Positions 1 to 11,525 of a stretch of 64,000 nt of DNA are shown here, piece after piece. The notes beneath the pieces are model-generated. The model was not told where the DNA came from. It made no database searches and was given only the letters and a program-made list of their open reading frames with translations. The translations under genes were made by a program, and so were the position numbers. The stretch spans positions 9,441 to 73,440 of the IMG/VR virus record IMGVR_UViG_3300023179_000085; one strand, written 5' to 3'. Positions within the stretch are counted from its first letter, which is position 1. Each line of letters begins with the position of its first letter. Origin of the DNA: a virus.

Positions 1-1
1 A

Positions 2-550
2 ACAGATAAAACGTTTAACTGGATAGATGGAACAGATTCTTGGACTTCTTCGGAAAACATGGATTTAGCTTCTGGTAAAACGTACAACATATCTGGAGTA
101 ACTGTCCTTTCAAATACGACTCTTGGTTCTAGTGTTGTTAACTCTAGCTTGACTTCAGTTGGAACAATAAGTTCTGGAACTTGGAATGGTTCTACCGTAT
201 CAATATCCTATGGTGGTACTGGCGCAACTAGCGCCCCTCAAGCAAGAACAAATCTTGGTTTAGCGATTGGAACAGATGTTCAAGCCTATGATGCAGAACT
301 AGCCGCACTCGCTGGACTTACTTCCGCAGCCGATAAATTGCCATACTTTACCGGTTCAGGAACCGCAGCGTTAGCTGATTTAACTTCTTATGCAAGAAGT
401 TTAATATCTAGCGCAAGTGCATCAATAGCTAGAACAACCTTGGGATTGGGAACTATATCTGTTCAAGACGCAGATGATGTTAATATTACTGGTGGTTCTT
501 TAAGTGATGTAACTATTAGCAACACGGTGATTGATGGCGGAACATTCTAA
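2..550 (+). CDS. Tail fibre / virion fibre protein, C-terminal part (5' truncated by window edge)
   Basis: Frame is open from base 2 (TDKTFNWIDGTDSWTSSENMDLASGK...). Fibre-type motifs GGTGATSAPQARTNLGL and DVQAYDAELAALAGL; C-terminus IDGGTF. Confidence 0.75.
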   Translation, partial: TDKTFNWIDGTDSWTSSENMDLASGKTYNISGVTVLSNTTLGSSVVNSSLTSVGTISSGTWNGSTVSISYGGTGATSAPQARTNLGLAIGTDVQAYDAELAALAGLTSAADKLPYFTGSGTAALADLTSYARSLISSASASIARTTLGLGTISVQDADDVNITGGSLSDVTISNTVIDGGTF

Positions 551-577
551 ATAGTTTTAACATAAAGAAAGATCACC

Positions 578-2258
578 ATGCCAATACCTAATATAACCAG
601 TGATCAAATAGCAATCGATCCAACTAATGGAATCTTTTACTACCGAAACAACGCTAATACACTAGTAGCTTCTTCTTTAAATTTACTTCAATCATCTAAT
701 ACATTAATTAGTACTGAAGATGGGCTGTCTATATCTGGTAACCTTGTCGTAAGTGGCAATGTTGTTACAATTAGCACTGAAACACTTAGTGTAGAGGATG
801 TAAATATTGAACTTGGAACTGTTTCTTCTCCAAGTAATACTACCGCAGATGGTGGTGGAATAGTCCTAAAAGGAACTACTGATAAAACATTTCTTTGGTC
901 TAATTCAACACAATCTTGGGAATCTTCTGAGGATATTAATTTAGCTTCTCGGTAAATCTATAAAAGTTAACAATACGGTTGTTCTTACATCAACAACAAT
1001 AACCGCAAATGTAACCGGTAATGTAAATGGTAATTTAACTGGCAATGTAACTGGAAATCTTAGTGGAAACGTAAATGGAAACGTAAATGGAAACGTAACT
1101 GGAAATCTAAGCGGAACAGCAAATTCTGCAAATTCCTGGACTACCGCAAGAAATATTATACTTAGTGGCGATGTTGCTGGCAATGTTTTTATTGACGGAA
1201 CACAAGATGTAACTATCAATACATTAATACAGCCGAATTCTGTTACCCTGGGTACTGATACTACTGGTAGTTACATGGCAAATGTTGTTGCAGGCACCGG
1301 AATAACTATAACCGATAACTCAGGAGAGGGAATGACTCCGGTTATTTCGGTTACAGCTGGTACTTATGACGAGTACGGCGCAGCTTCGACCGCAGAAGCA
1401 AACGCAGTAGCATATGCGAATACAGTAGCAAATACGGCGTATTCAAACTCGGTTTCATATATAGATACAAGAACAATAAATGACTTATTTGATGTCAGTA
1501 TCGCTAACGTAGCTAATGGAGATTTTCTTAGATATAACGGAAGTTCTTGGATCAATGATCCAGTTAACTTAGCTACAGATACCGTCGGAGACTACCTTGC
1601 TAATATATCTGCAGGTACAGGAATTATAATTTCTAACTCTGGAGGAGAAGGCTCCAATCCTGTTATATCGATAAATTCAGAGTTTACTCTTACAGCCAAT
1701 GGAGATGTAGACGGATCTGTTTTAATATCCAATTTAGCAAATGCAACCCTAACTCTAACGATAGCTAACGGCAGTGTAACATCTGACAAAATAGATTTTG
1801 GTTTTGTAGAAACACTACTTTCAGGAAATAATATAGAAATAATCGGAGAAATAGGAGTTGGTGCACTTAGTCCGGAAATATCTGTTTCGGACGATCCGTC
1901 TTTTAACACCGTTACGGCAGAACATTTAATTGTTGATGGTATTGAAATAGATACAACTGGAGCTGTTTTTGGTCAAGTATTAAAGTTTAATGGTGTTAAA
2001 TTTATTCCAGATGAAGACACCGCAGAAGAAGGCCTTGGTACAGTAAGTAAGTACTCCGCAACTATTGGCGATGGAGCAAATACCACATTTACCGTAACCC
2101 ATGGTTTGGGCACTAGAGACGTATTGGTTGAAATATACGAAACGGGCTATTACGAAACCGTCTATGCAGCTGTAAGAAGGAGCAATTTAAACTCAATTGA
2201 AGTTACATTTGCCACTCCACCAGATTCTTCTTCTCGCAGAGTTGTTGTTACTGGATAA
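578..2258 (+). CDS. Tail fibre protein (~559 aa) rebuilt across one CGG +1 site at 950
   Basis: 578..955 ends ...TCT CGG TAA. Skipping C950 gives GGT AAA TCT..., open into ORF 1275..2258 and restoring NLASGK, as in the preceding paralog. Contains NVTG/NLSG repeats, a DLFDV..GDFLRYNG repeat and a C-terminal THGLGT domain. Confidence 0.8.
1008..1116 (+). repeat. 12-nt tandem coding repeat (NVTG/NVNG/NLSG units)
   Basis: Degenerate tandem 12-mers such as AATGTAACCGGT, AATGTAAATGGT and AATCTTAGTGGA inside the tail fibre CDS. Confidence 0.85.
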
Positions 2259-2279
2259 GTTGCTGGTAGAATAATCTCC

Positions 2280-2288
2280 TGCTATAAT
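2280..2288 (+). promoter_or_regulatory. Extended -10 promoter (TGCTATAAT)
   Basis: TGnTATAAT upstream of the AAGGAG RBS and ATG 2314. Confidence 0.55.
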
Positions 2289-2313
2289 TAGTGAAGAAAA
2301 AGGAGTTTATAAA

Positions 2314-2649
2314 ATGTCAAATGATTCATTGTTAACACCAGTAAGTTCAGACACTCATTCTACTCATGTTGAATATCCAGATGGTTCGCAGCCAACATCT
2401 TCTTTGACACAACAGGAATCAAAGCAACAGGCTACGCAAGTATCGCAAGCTTCTGTGGTTCCAACGGACGAAAAAAGTATTATTCTTGGTTTAATTGAAT
2501 ATCTTAAAAGAGGCGCAGAATACTCTGGAGAAAATCAAGCTCAATCTGATTGGTTTTTGTTCTGCTCTGATTGGGTAAAGTCAAAATATGAGGCTTCTGG
2601 TCTTTCCGATGCAAACACATCCCCAAGTGGCCCCTGGTTCAATCAGTAA
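2314..2649 (+). CDS. Hypothetical protein
   Basis: 111-aa ORF with AAGGAG RBS. Confidence 0.65.
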   Translation: MSNDSLLTPVSSDTHSTHVEYPDGSQPTSSLTQQESKQQATQVSQASVVPTDEKSIILGLIEYLKRGAEYSGENQAQSDWFLFCSDWVKSKYEASGLSDANTSPSGPWFNQ

Positions 2650-3175
2650 TAAATATAAAATAGGTATTCTTTCTGCTGGGAAAATGGGTTCTAGCATAGC
2701 TAGAACTTTGTCTGAAAAAGGAGTATTTTATACTTTTTTAGATGGAAGATCATCCAAGACCATAGAAAATGCAAAAAGGTGTAACATACAAGTTGTCTCT
2801 TGTCTTGAGGAATTATTTGATAATATAGATATATTCATCTGTATTGGAACAAGCGGAATAGCTAAGGACTCTTTGCAGTTAGCAGTTAAATATAAATATA
2901 AAAATATTTATTTGGATTTAAACACTCTTTTTGGCAGAGAATCAGAACAAGAACTATATCGTATGTCCGAAAACAAATCATTTCACTATGTCGATGGCGC
3001 AATATATGGCTGGCCACCAAATGTGGATGAAAAGAAAATAAATTTAAACAAAACTAAAATATTATTATTTAATGATATAAATAATGTTATTTATAATTTG
3101 TTTAAAGGTGATTATTGGGATCCAAGTGTTGTAACAACACCGGCAAAAACCTACAGAAGACTTAATCTTTCCTGA
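2588..3175 (+). CDS. NAD(P)-binding Rossmann-fold oxidoreductase-like protein (6PGD/3-hydroxyisobutyrate dehydrogenase N-domain-like); start uncertain
   Basis: KIGILSAGKMGSSIA dinucleotide-binding motif, plus YLDLN and YVDGAIYG motifs. Confidence 0.6.
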   Translation: MRLLVFPMQTHPQVAPGSISNKYKIGILSAGKMGSSIARTLSEKGVFYTFLDGRSSKTIENAKRCNIQVVSCLEELFDNIDIFICIGTSGIAKDSLQLAVKYKYKNIYLDLNTLFGRESEQELYRMSENKSFHYVDGAIYGWPPNVDEKKINLNKTKILLFNDINNVIYNLFKGDYWDPSVVTTPAKTYRRLNLS

Positions 3176-3449
3176 GTAGTATCCTGCCAGAAACGATAAG
3201 CTCTTTAGCCCAGGTACTAGCAGAGTGAACCAGTCCTAGGTGATTGGGTATCTGGAATTCATCACATAGAGCCATATACTTTCCTTCAGAAACATCCTGC
3301 CAAAAAGCAATCATGGCTTCTGCACCAGTTCTTCCTGATATATAGTATTTTTTTTCTAAAGCCTGCGGAATAACCTGATCTGCCCAACTATCCTTTGGAC
3401 TTGATTCAGCAACAACGCCCCTGTATTCGATTCCGCGCTCAACTTTCAT
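3162..3449 (-). CDS. Hypothetical protein
   Basis: 95-aa ORF with a GGAG RBS on the minus strand; fills the gap between + strand genes. Confidence 0.6.
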   Translation of the reverse strand: MKVERGIEYRGVVAESSPKDSWADQVIPQALEKKYYISGRTGAEAMIAFWQDVSEGKYMALCDEFQIPNHLGLVHSASTWAKELIVSGRILLRKD

Positions 3450-3500
3450 AAAACTCCATTTATAAATTATAAATTATTTCATACTATTTGATATTTGATC

Positions 3501-3508
3501 ATTACTAT
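3501..3508 (+). promoter_or_regulatory. Putative phage late-promoter motif ATTACTAT
   Basis: The same motif recurs upstream of structural genes at 9542 and 24782, and at 20227 and 20547 at the start of the neck module. Confidence 0.45.
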
Positions 3509-3554
3509 TCTATCATAGATAATGCCCTAGTCAACAATAATCAGAGAGGTAACT

Positions 3555-6500
3555 ATGCCATTTAGTGGTTCTATATTTGCGGTTAACAATACACTCCTTT
3601 TAAAGAGATCCGACGAAGCAAACAATGCTCCTAGTTCGTTGATGCTCGGAGAATTGGCACTTAACGTAGCTGATGGTAAATTATTTTATAAAAACAGCAC
3701 TGCTAACGCCATAATACGGTGTTAACTTAATATCTAATGTTGTTGGAACCGCAAATCAGGTATCTGTTTCCTCGAACGCAACAAGCGGTGTTTATACACT
3801 CTCGCTACCAGAAACTCTTAATGTTGGCAATGTTTCTGCAAACAGTCTTAGCATTAATGGGGTTACAATTGATCCTACTGGTGCAACAACAAATCAGGTT
3901 CTTAAATTTGATGGCAATAGTTTTGTTCCTGGTTCGGACACTGGTTTGGCTGGTACTGTTCACGTTGAAACAATTGGCAATGGTTCGGCAACAACGTTCA
4001 CAATAACACACAACCTTGGTACTCGTGACGTTGTAGTTGTCGCAAGAAATGCAGCAAGCCCATACGAGGTTATTGAAGTTAGATGGGAAGCAACAACAAC
4101 TGGAACCGTTACACTTGACTTTTCAACTGCCCCCTCAAGCAATTCCGTAAGAGTTGGCGTATACGCAGCCGTTGCAGGTTCAACGATAACCATTAGCTCA
4201 ATAGACGATCTTGGCGATGTTTCAATTAGCGGCGCTGCTAATGGAGACTTCCTCCGTTATAATGGTTCAGCTTGGATCAATGATCCCGTTAATCTTTCTA
4301 CAGATACAGTTGGCAATTATGTTTCTAACGTTACCGCAGGAACTGGCATAACTATTACAAATGCGGGAGGAGAAGGCTCTAATCCAACAATAGCCGTTAC
4401 AGCAAACACATATGACGCCTATGGCGAAGCATCTAACGCCTATGCTAACGCAACATCTTACACAGACAACGCAATCGCTAATGTTGCTACCTCGTTTGAA
4501 GTTGCCGCAGACGCTGGTGCTAGCAAAACAATTACATCAGGAACAGATACGCTAACAATTGCTGGAGGAACTGGCCTCAGCACCGTAACCTCCAATACAG
4601 ATACGGTTACAGTTAATCTTGACAATACATCAGTTACAGCTGGAAACTATGGTAGCGCAAACTCAGTCGCAGCATTTAACGTAGATGCTCAAGGCCGTTT
4701 AACCTCAGCTAGCAACACAACAATTGCAATAACAGCTTCTCAGGTAACAGACTTCTCAACAGCTGCTGTAACGTCACTCAGTGGAACAGCAAACGAAGTA
4801 GAGGTTTCGGCTTCTAACGGAGCAGTAACTGTCGGGCTTCCCGCAAACGTTACAATAAGCAATACTCTTTCGGTTGGTTCAGACCTTACTGTGACTGGAA
4901 ACCTTATTGTTCGTGGTAATACAACAACGGTAGATACCGAAGAGCTACATGTTTCTGACAATATAATAGTTCTCAACCACGATGTGACTGGAGCGCCATC
5001 TCAAAACGCTGGTGTCCAAATTGAACGCGGTACATCAGCCGATGTAATGATCCGTTGGAATGAAACAAGTGACAAGTGGGATTTTACAAATGATGGAACA
5101 AATTATTACAATATTGCAAGCAATTCCGATGTAGACACAGCGTATTCAAATGCAACTTCATACACCGATAATGCTATTTCTAATGTAAATAATACAATCG
5201 CTAATATAGCAACATCTTTTGCAGTAGCAGGCGACTCTGGTTCAAACCAAACAATAACATCGGGTTCAGACACGCTTACGATTGCTGGTGGAACTGGACT
5301 TTCAACGGTTGCAAGTGCAACTGATACAATTACCGTAAACCTAGATGATACGTCGGTTACATCTGGTAGCTACGGTGGATCCAATACAGTTGCAACATTC
5401 ACCGTTGATGCACAAGGTCGCCTCACCGCAGCCGGTAATTCCACAATATCAATTGTCGCATCTCAAGTTAGCGACTTTACCTCCAACGCCAGAGCAGCAA
5501 TAAGCGTTTCTGGTGATTTAAGCTATAACTCAAGCACTGGTGTAATAAGTTTTACAAACGACGCTGGTGATATCGAATCTGTAACAGCTGGCACTGGCCT
5601 TAGTGGTGGCGGTTCTTCGGGCAATGTCACTATAGACCTAGCTAACACTACCGTAACTGCAGCATCATATGGATCAGCAAATACAGTTGCAACATTCACA
5701 GTCGATGCACAAGGTCGCCTAACAGCAGCTGGTAATTCAACTATCTCGATAACTGGTTCACAGGTCTCTGACCTTGCATCTGTTGCGGTGACATCCTTAA
5801 CTGGAACAGCAAACGAGGTAGAAGTCTCGGCTTCTAATGGGGCAGTAACCGTTGGCCTTCCATCTAATGTAACAATTGGCCAGGATCTTACTGTAACCGG
5901 AAACCTTACTGTTCAGGGTAACACAACCACCCTTAATACAGAAACTATTAATGTTGAAGATAATATAATAGTTCTCAATAGCACAGTGACTGGATCGCCA
6001 ACACTTGATGCCGGAATCGAAGTTGAAAGAGGAACTTCTAATAACGCAGTCTTTAAGTGGAACGAAACAGACGATAAGTGGCAAATAAGCTCGGATGGCA
6101 CAACCTATGCCAACGTAGCAACAACAAACGACGTTGCTGCAGTTTCGATTACCGCACTTAATGATATTGGTGACGTAAACATTACCTCTGCTGCAAGTGG
6201 AGATTTCCTCAAGTGGAATGGTACAGCCTGGGTAAATGATGCAATTGATCTTGGTACAGACACCGTTGGTGACTATGTTGCAAACTTGACAGCCGGAACA
6301 GGAATAACGCTTTCTGGAGCAGGTGGAGAAGGTTCTAATGTAACAGTTACCTTAGGTAATACTGCCGTTACAGCAGGATCGTACGGTGCTGCAAACACAG
6401 TATCCACCTTCACTGTCGACGCACAAGGTCGTTTGACAACAGCAGGCAACTCAACAATATCGATCACTGCATCGCAAGTTACAGACTTTACTTCAAACGC

Positions 6501-7641
6501 TAGAGCAGCTATAAGCGTATCTGGAGACCTTTCCTACAATAGCAGCACTGGTGTAATCAGCTTCACAAACGACGCTGGCGACATTGAGTCGGTTACTGCT
6601 GGAACAGGTCTTAGTGGTGGTGGCTCTTCAGGCAACGTAACAGTAAGCTTGGCAAATACAACCGTAGTGGCCAATACTTACGGTGCCGCTGATTCTGTTT
6701 CGATAATAACAGTTGATGCTCAGGGTCGCTTGACAAATGCAACCAACTCAATGATATCCATTCTTGCATCGCAAGTAAGCGATCTTTCATCAAATGCCGT
6801 AACTTCACTTACTGGGACTGCAAATGAAATTGAAGTTTCCGCTTCTGCTGGTGCGATTACAGTTGGCTTGCCATCAAATGTGACGATTGGACAAGACTTA
6901 ACAGTTTCGGGCAACCTCACTGTTAATGGTAATACTACCACTCTGAATACAGAGACCCTGTCAGTTGAGGACAATATAATAGTCCTCAACAGCGGAGTTA
7001 CCGCAGCTCCATCGCTCAATGCCGGAATCAAGATCGAGCGTGGTACATCTTCAGATGCAGAATTCCGCTGGAATGAAGCTACAGATACATGGCAGATAAG
7101 TTCTGATTCGAGCAATTATTCAAATATAGCATCTGGATCATTTGTGGCTAATGTTACTGCAGGTACTGGTGTAACAATCACAAATGCCGGAGGCGAGGGT
7201 GCAAATCCGACATTCGCAATTGGTCAGTCAGTTGGAACTGGTGACTCAGTGTCGTTTGCTAATGCGACAGTAACAAATACGGTTTCAGCTGGTGCATTCA
7301 CAATCGACTCGACTGGTGAACTCAATACATCAACTCAAGCTGTTTCTGTAAATACAATAACAACAGTTGATAGCTTTGATAAGACGGCTTATAGAACAGC
7401 CAAATACCTAATCCAGGTAACCCAAGGTTCTAAGTATACAAGTTCAGAAGTACTGCTTGTTCATGATGGTACAGATTCCTACCTCTCGGAATATGCAATA
7501 ATCGAACTTGGTGCATCAAGAATCCCCTTGTCTGTTTCAACTTCGATATCTTCGGGTAACGTTCTCCTCAGAGTTACAATAACCGATGCAGCAAGCACAA
7601 ATGCCACTGTCAAAGTTGCAAGAACACTAATAGCGGTGTAA
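3555..7641 (+). CDS. Long tail fibre protein (~1361 aa) rebuilt across one CGG +1 site at 3717
   Basis: GAGGT RBS and ATG 3555 (MPFSGS...LLKRSDEANNAPSSLMLGELALNVADGKLFYKN, a fibre N-terminal motif). ATA ATA CGG TGT TAA; skipping C3717 opens a stop-free frame into 3946..7641. Repeated TVDAQGRLT, VEDNIIVLN..GIEVERG and DLGDV modules. Confidence 0.85.
5341..6750 (+). repeat. Internal coding duplications in the tail fibre (SYG..FTVDAQGRLTAAGNSTISI..SQVSD; SGDLSYNSSTGVISFTNDAGDIESVTAGTGLSGGGSSGNVT)
   Basis: Near-identical amino-acid blocks at about 5370-5760 and 6380-6780, with synonymous divergence. Confidence 0.8.
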
Positions 7642-7705
7642 TATAAATAGGTAGAAATACCTCAACAATTTAATAGTTTTTAAACTAGAGGGACAGTGAA
7701 CTTTA

Positions 7706-8698
7706 GTGGCAGACAAAGATTTCGTAGTTAAGAATGGGCTCGTAGTCGGTGATACGATTACGGTATCTGGCGTACAGTTAGATCTTTCAAATGCCACCTC
7801 TGGTCAAATACTTAAATTTGATGGTAGCAAATTTGCTCCGGCTAGTGATGAAGTAGACGGCCAACCCTCGGTCTATGCCACAACAATTGGGGATGGATCA
7901 AGTTCTTCTTATGTTGTCACGCATAACTTGGATAGCAGAAATGTGGTTGTTTCAGTACTCGATGCAGCAAGTCCATACGATGCAATTTTTGTAAGAAGTG
8001 AAGCTACAACTGCCAACACTGTAATGTTAGATTTCTCTGCTCCAGTTTCGTCAAACTCAAGAAGAGTATTCATAAGTTCTGCAGGGGAGTACGATTACCA
8101 CAGCCAAACAATAGGTAACGGATCAAACTCAAGCTTTGAAATTAATCATGGACTTGGTTCAAGAGATGTGGTTGTAACCTTAAGAAATGCTAACGCCGAC
8201 TACGACTTTGTTGAAGCAGCCACTTTTGCAACATCTTCAAATAAAGTTACATTAGATTTTAGCGCAGCTCCATTGGCAAACTCTATTGTAGCTTCTGTTT
8301 TTCTTCCACTAGAAGGGTTTAGTTATTCTAAAATAGTTGGAGATGGTTCTAGTTCTGTATTTGAAATAAACCATAATTTAAATTCAAGAGATGTTGCAAT
8401 AATAGTCAGAGATACAGAAGCTCCTTATGGATTCGTAAAGCCATATTGGGAAGCTACTACAGCAAATGCGGTTTCAGTTGCTTTCGAGGTAGCGCCAGAA
8501 TCTTCTTCTAAAGAAATAACGGTATTTAAAGGTGTTGGCGGAAAAGTAACTCCACCTTCTTTTAACGACATTACAGTAGCAGCCCCCACAACATCATCCT
8601 CAGATGGTCAAAAGGGAGACATAGCTTATGATGAAAATTATATTTATATATGTGTTGACGAAAACACATGGAAGAGATTTTCTTTGTCAACCTGGTAG
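7706..8698 (+). CDS. Fibre-associated virion protein with three tandem IGDG..HNL.SR.VVV domains
   Basis: GTG start; N-terminal KDFVVKNGL; repeated HNLDSR/HGLGSR/HNLNSR domains; C-terminal GDIAYDENYIYICV..NTWKR motif typical of phage fibre proteins. Confidence 0.7.
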   Translation: MADKDFVVKNGLVVGDTITVSGVQLDLSNATSGQILKFDGSKFAPASDEVDGQPSVYATTIGDGSSSSYVVTHNLDSRNVVVSVLDAASPYDAIFVRSEATTANTVMLDFSAPVSSNSRRVFISSAGEYDYHSQTIGNGSNSSFEINHGLGSRDVVVTLRNANADYDFVEAATFATSSNKVTLDFSAAPLANSIVASVFLPLEGFSYSKIVGDGSSSVFEINHNLNSRDVAIIVRDTEAPYGFVKPYWEATTANAVSVAFEVAPESSSKEITVFKGVGGKVTPPSFNDITVAAPTTSSSDGQKGDIAYDENYIYICVDENTWKRFSLSTW

Positions 8699-8703
8699 CA
8701 TTA

Positions 8704-8712
8704 TGCTATAAT
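8704..8712 (+). promoter_or_regulatory. Extended -10 promoter, probably giving a leaderless mRNA from ATG 8720
   Basis: TGCTATAAT followed 7 nt later by ATG, with no SD. Confidence 0.5.
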
Positions 8713-9526
8713 GGGAATTATGTCTATAGAACAACAAAATATTAATATAACAATCCCAAAAGAAAAAATTCAAGAATGGAATGTTTTCTTTGCTCTTCCG
8801 TGTTACGACTCTCATGTAACAGAACCGTTCATGATGAGTTTTATGCAGGCATGTTTGTATTTTAAAGAAATTGGTCTTAAGTACTCAGTCTGTACAATAT
8901 CAGATTCTTTAATTAATCGAGCTAGAAATAATTTAGTAGCTAAATTTATGGGCAGTGAGACATCTACTCACTTTATGTTTATAGATACAGATCTTCAATT
9001 TGACAAAGAAGCGGTTCTCAAGATGCTATGGCACGATAAGGACGTTATGACGGCTTCTTATCCGATCAAAGAAATAAACTGGGAAAGAGTTAAAGATGGA
9101 GCTCTTAAAGATCTTGATTCAAAAGATCTGATGGAATACGCAACAAGATATGTGGTGCATCTTACTAAGCCTGGCGAAGTCCAGCTTAATATAGAAAATG
9201 GTGCCATAGAATGCTACGAAGCTGGAACAGGCTTTATGTTAATAAAGCGACAAGTATTTGAAAAAATGTTTAAAAAATATAAAAAATTAAAATACAATGA
9301 CGATACTGGCGCATTGCATGATATCGAAAAAGAATACGGTTATGCTCTTTTTAATTCATACGTAGACGAAGATGGCAGATTCCTTTCTGAAGACTATGGA
9401 TTTTGTAGATATTGGCAGAAAATGGGTGGAAAAGTTTGGGTAGACCCAACCATTAACTTAACCCACTTTGGGCGCATAAAATACCACGGTAAAATGTTAG
9501 AATATTTAAAGAGAATAACACAATAA
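8711..9526 (+). CDS. GT-A fold glycosyltransferase-like protein (start may be 8720)
   Basis: SLINRARN, FMFIDTD (DxD), AGTGFMLIKR and LSEDYGFC..W...GGKVW motifs. Confidence 0.75.
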   Translation: MGIMSIEQQNINITIPKEKIQEWNVFFALPCYDSHVTEPFMMSFMQACLYFKEIGLKYSVCTISDSLINRARNNLVAKFMGSETSTHFMFIDTDLQFDKEAVLKMLWHDKDVMTASYPIKEINWERVKDGALKDLDSKDLMEYATRYVVHLTKPGEVQLNIENGAIECYEAGTGFMLIKRQVFEKMFKKYKKLKYNDDTGALHDIEKEYGYALFNSYVDEDGRFLSEDYGFCRYWQKMGGKVWVDPTINLTHFGRIKYHGKMLEYLKRITQ

Positions 9527-9541
9527 TTTTATGAATAAGCC

Positions 9542-9550
9542 ATTACTATA
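9542..9550 (+). promoter_or_regulatory. Putative late-promoter motif ATTACTATA
   Basis: Intergenic, upstream of the AGGAG RBS and ATG 9598; recurrent motif. Confidence 0.45.
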
Positions 9551-9597
9551 TTCAACGAGCATTTGATTATACCAATAACTAAGCTTATAGGAGAACC

Positions 9598-11524
9598 ATG
9601 GCCCGTTTAAGATTTGAAACAGCACCAGAAATAACAGTTAATGATGAAGCAGTCGTATTTAAGGCCGCCAATGGCGCTACTGCTCCATTGGTTGAATTTA
9701 AGGGCACTGATGGCAATGTTGTTGCAAACATTTCTGCTACTGGAATTTTAAATGTAACTTCAGTTGTTGCATCTAATGCGGGAAGCACCTCAACGTCTTT
9801 GGCGACAAAACGGTTATGTTGACGAAATTGCAAGCGGGATTAAAGCAAAACCTTCCGCAAGGGTAGCTACAATAGCCAATCTTAATGCAACGTACAATAA
9901 TGGAACAAACGGAGTTGGCGCAACATTAACAGCTAATTCAAACGGCGCACTTACAGTTGACTCATTGTCTGGATTTTCTGTCAATCAAGGAATTTTGGTA
10001 AAAAATCAAACTACAGCAGCCCAAAATGGTAGATATGTTGTCACAACTGTTGGTGATGGATCAACTCCCTGGGTTTTGACTAGGTGCGGTTTGTGCAATG
10101 AGGCTAGTGAAATACCAGGCGCCTATATCTTTGTCACCAACGGAACATCTGCTGGAAAAGGATTCGTGCTGACAGTATCAAATCCAGATACATTTGTTGT
10201 TGGAACGGACGCTATAAACGTAGTTCAGTTTAGCTCCGCTGGTTCATTTTTAGCTGGAACTGGTTTAGTTCTTGATGGAAGTTACTTTAATGTGCAAACA
10301 GCAAATTCTGCAAGAATAGTCGTCAATGCAGATAACATCGACTTAGCAAGTGTCAACGTTAACAATGTCAATGGCGCAAATACTCTTAATTTTATAAGTT
10401 CAATAACGGTTGATCAATACGGAAGGGTTACTGACAAAGAGTCTTCACAAGTTGATCTATCCGGAGTTAATACGGCGATTGGGTTGCGCTTATTGAGCAC
10501 AGAGGCAGCTAACACCTATCTTACAACCGCAACCGCCTCTAGCACCTATCTTACAACCGCAACCGCCTCTAGCACTTATCTTACAACTGCGACTGCCGCT
10601 AATACGTATATCGCAAATTCAATTGTTGATGCAAAAGGTGACCTTATTGTTGCTTCCGCAGCAGACACTGTTGGTAGACTGGCTGCAGGAACAAATGGTC
10701 AATTCCTTAAAGCGAATAGCTCAACTGCAAGCGGTTTACAGTGGGCTGACATTCCAACGATTAATAATCTTGATGATGTTGGCGATGTAACAATAACAGG
10801 CAACGCTACAAATCAGTATCTTAAATACAATGGTAGCGCTTGGGTTAATGCATCGATACCAACAATTAATGCCCTAGACGATGTTGGCGATGTTACAATT
10901 ACATCTGCCGTTGCAAACCAGGTTCTTCTATATAACGGATCAGCTTGGATAAATACATCAAATCCCACAGTCGCCGGAAACCTCACTGTTTCTGGAGACC
11001 TAACAGTAAACGGAACAACCACAACAATTAATACCGCAACTTTGAATGTTTCAGATAATATTATCGTTTTAAATAACGATGTTACTGGATCACCATCAGA
11101 AAATGCTGGCATTGAAGTAGAGCGCGGTACATCAACAAATGTTCTGGTTAGATGGAATGAAACAGACGACTGTTGGGAGTTTACAAATGACGGAACAAAG
11201 TATGAAAGAATTGTGGGTGACACACTAACAAATGCCCAAACAGCCGCTTATACCCTTGTTCTTGCAGACAGGTCAAAGATGGTTGAAATGAGCGTGGCTT
11301 CTGGTCATAACCTAACCGTCCCCACCAACGCAAACGTAGCCTTCCCGGTTGGAACTACGATAACAGTACTGCAGACCGGAGCAGGTCAAACAACTATAGC
11401 TGGCCAATCAGGCGTAACGATTAATGCCACACCAGGGCTTAAGTTGCGCGCACAATGGTCATCTGCTACACTTATAAAGAGAGCTACCGATACATGGGTA
11501 GCACTAGGAGACTTGGCAGCATAA
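9598..11524 (+). CDS. Tail fibre protein (~641 aa) rebuilt across one CGG +1 site at 9811
   Basis: GCG ACA AAA CGG TTA TGT TGA; skipping C9811 gives the common fibre motif ATKGYVD and joins ORF 9764..11524 (ILVKNQTTAAQNGRY, IVDAKGDLIVA, LDDVGDV repeats, FPVGT..Q.GAGQ C-terminal domain). Confidence 0.85.
10510..10605 (+). repeat. 30-nt tandem coding repeat (TYLTTATASS x3)
   Basis: ACCTATCTTACAACCGCAACCGCCTCTAGC occurs twice, followed by a diverged third copy. Confidence 0.85.
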
Positions 11525-11525
11525 T

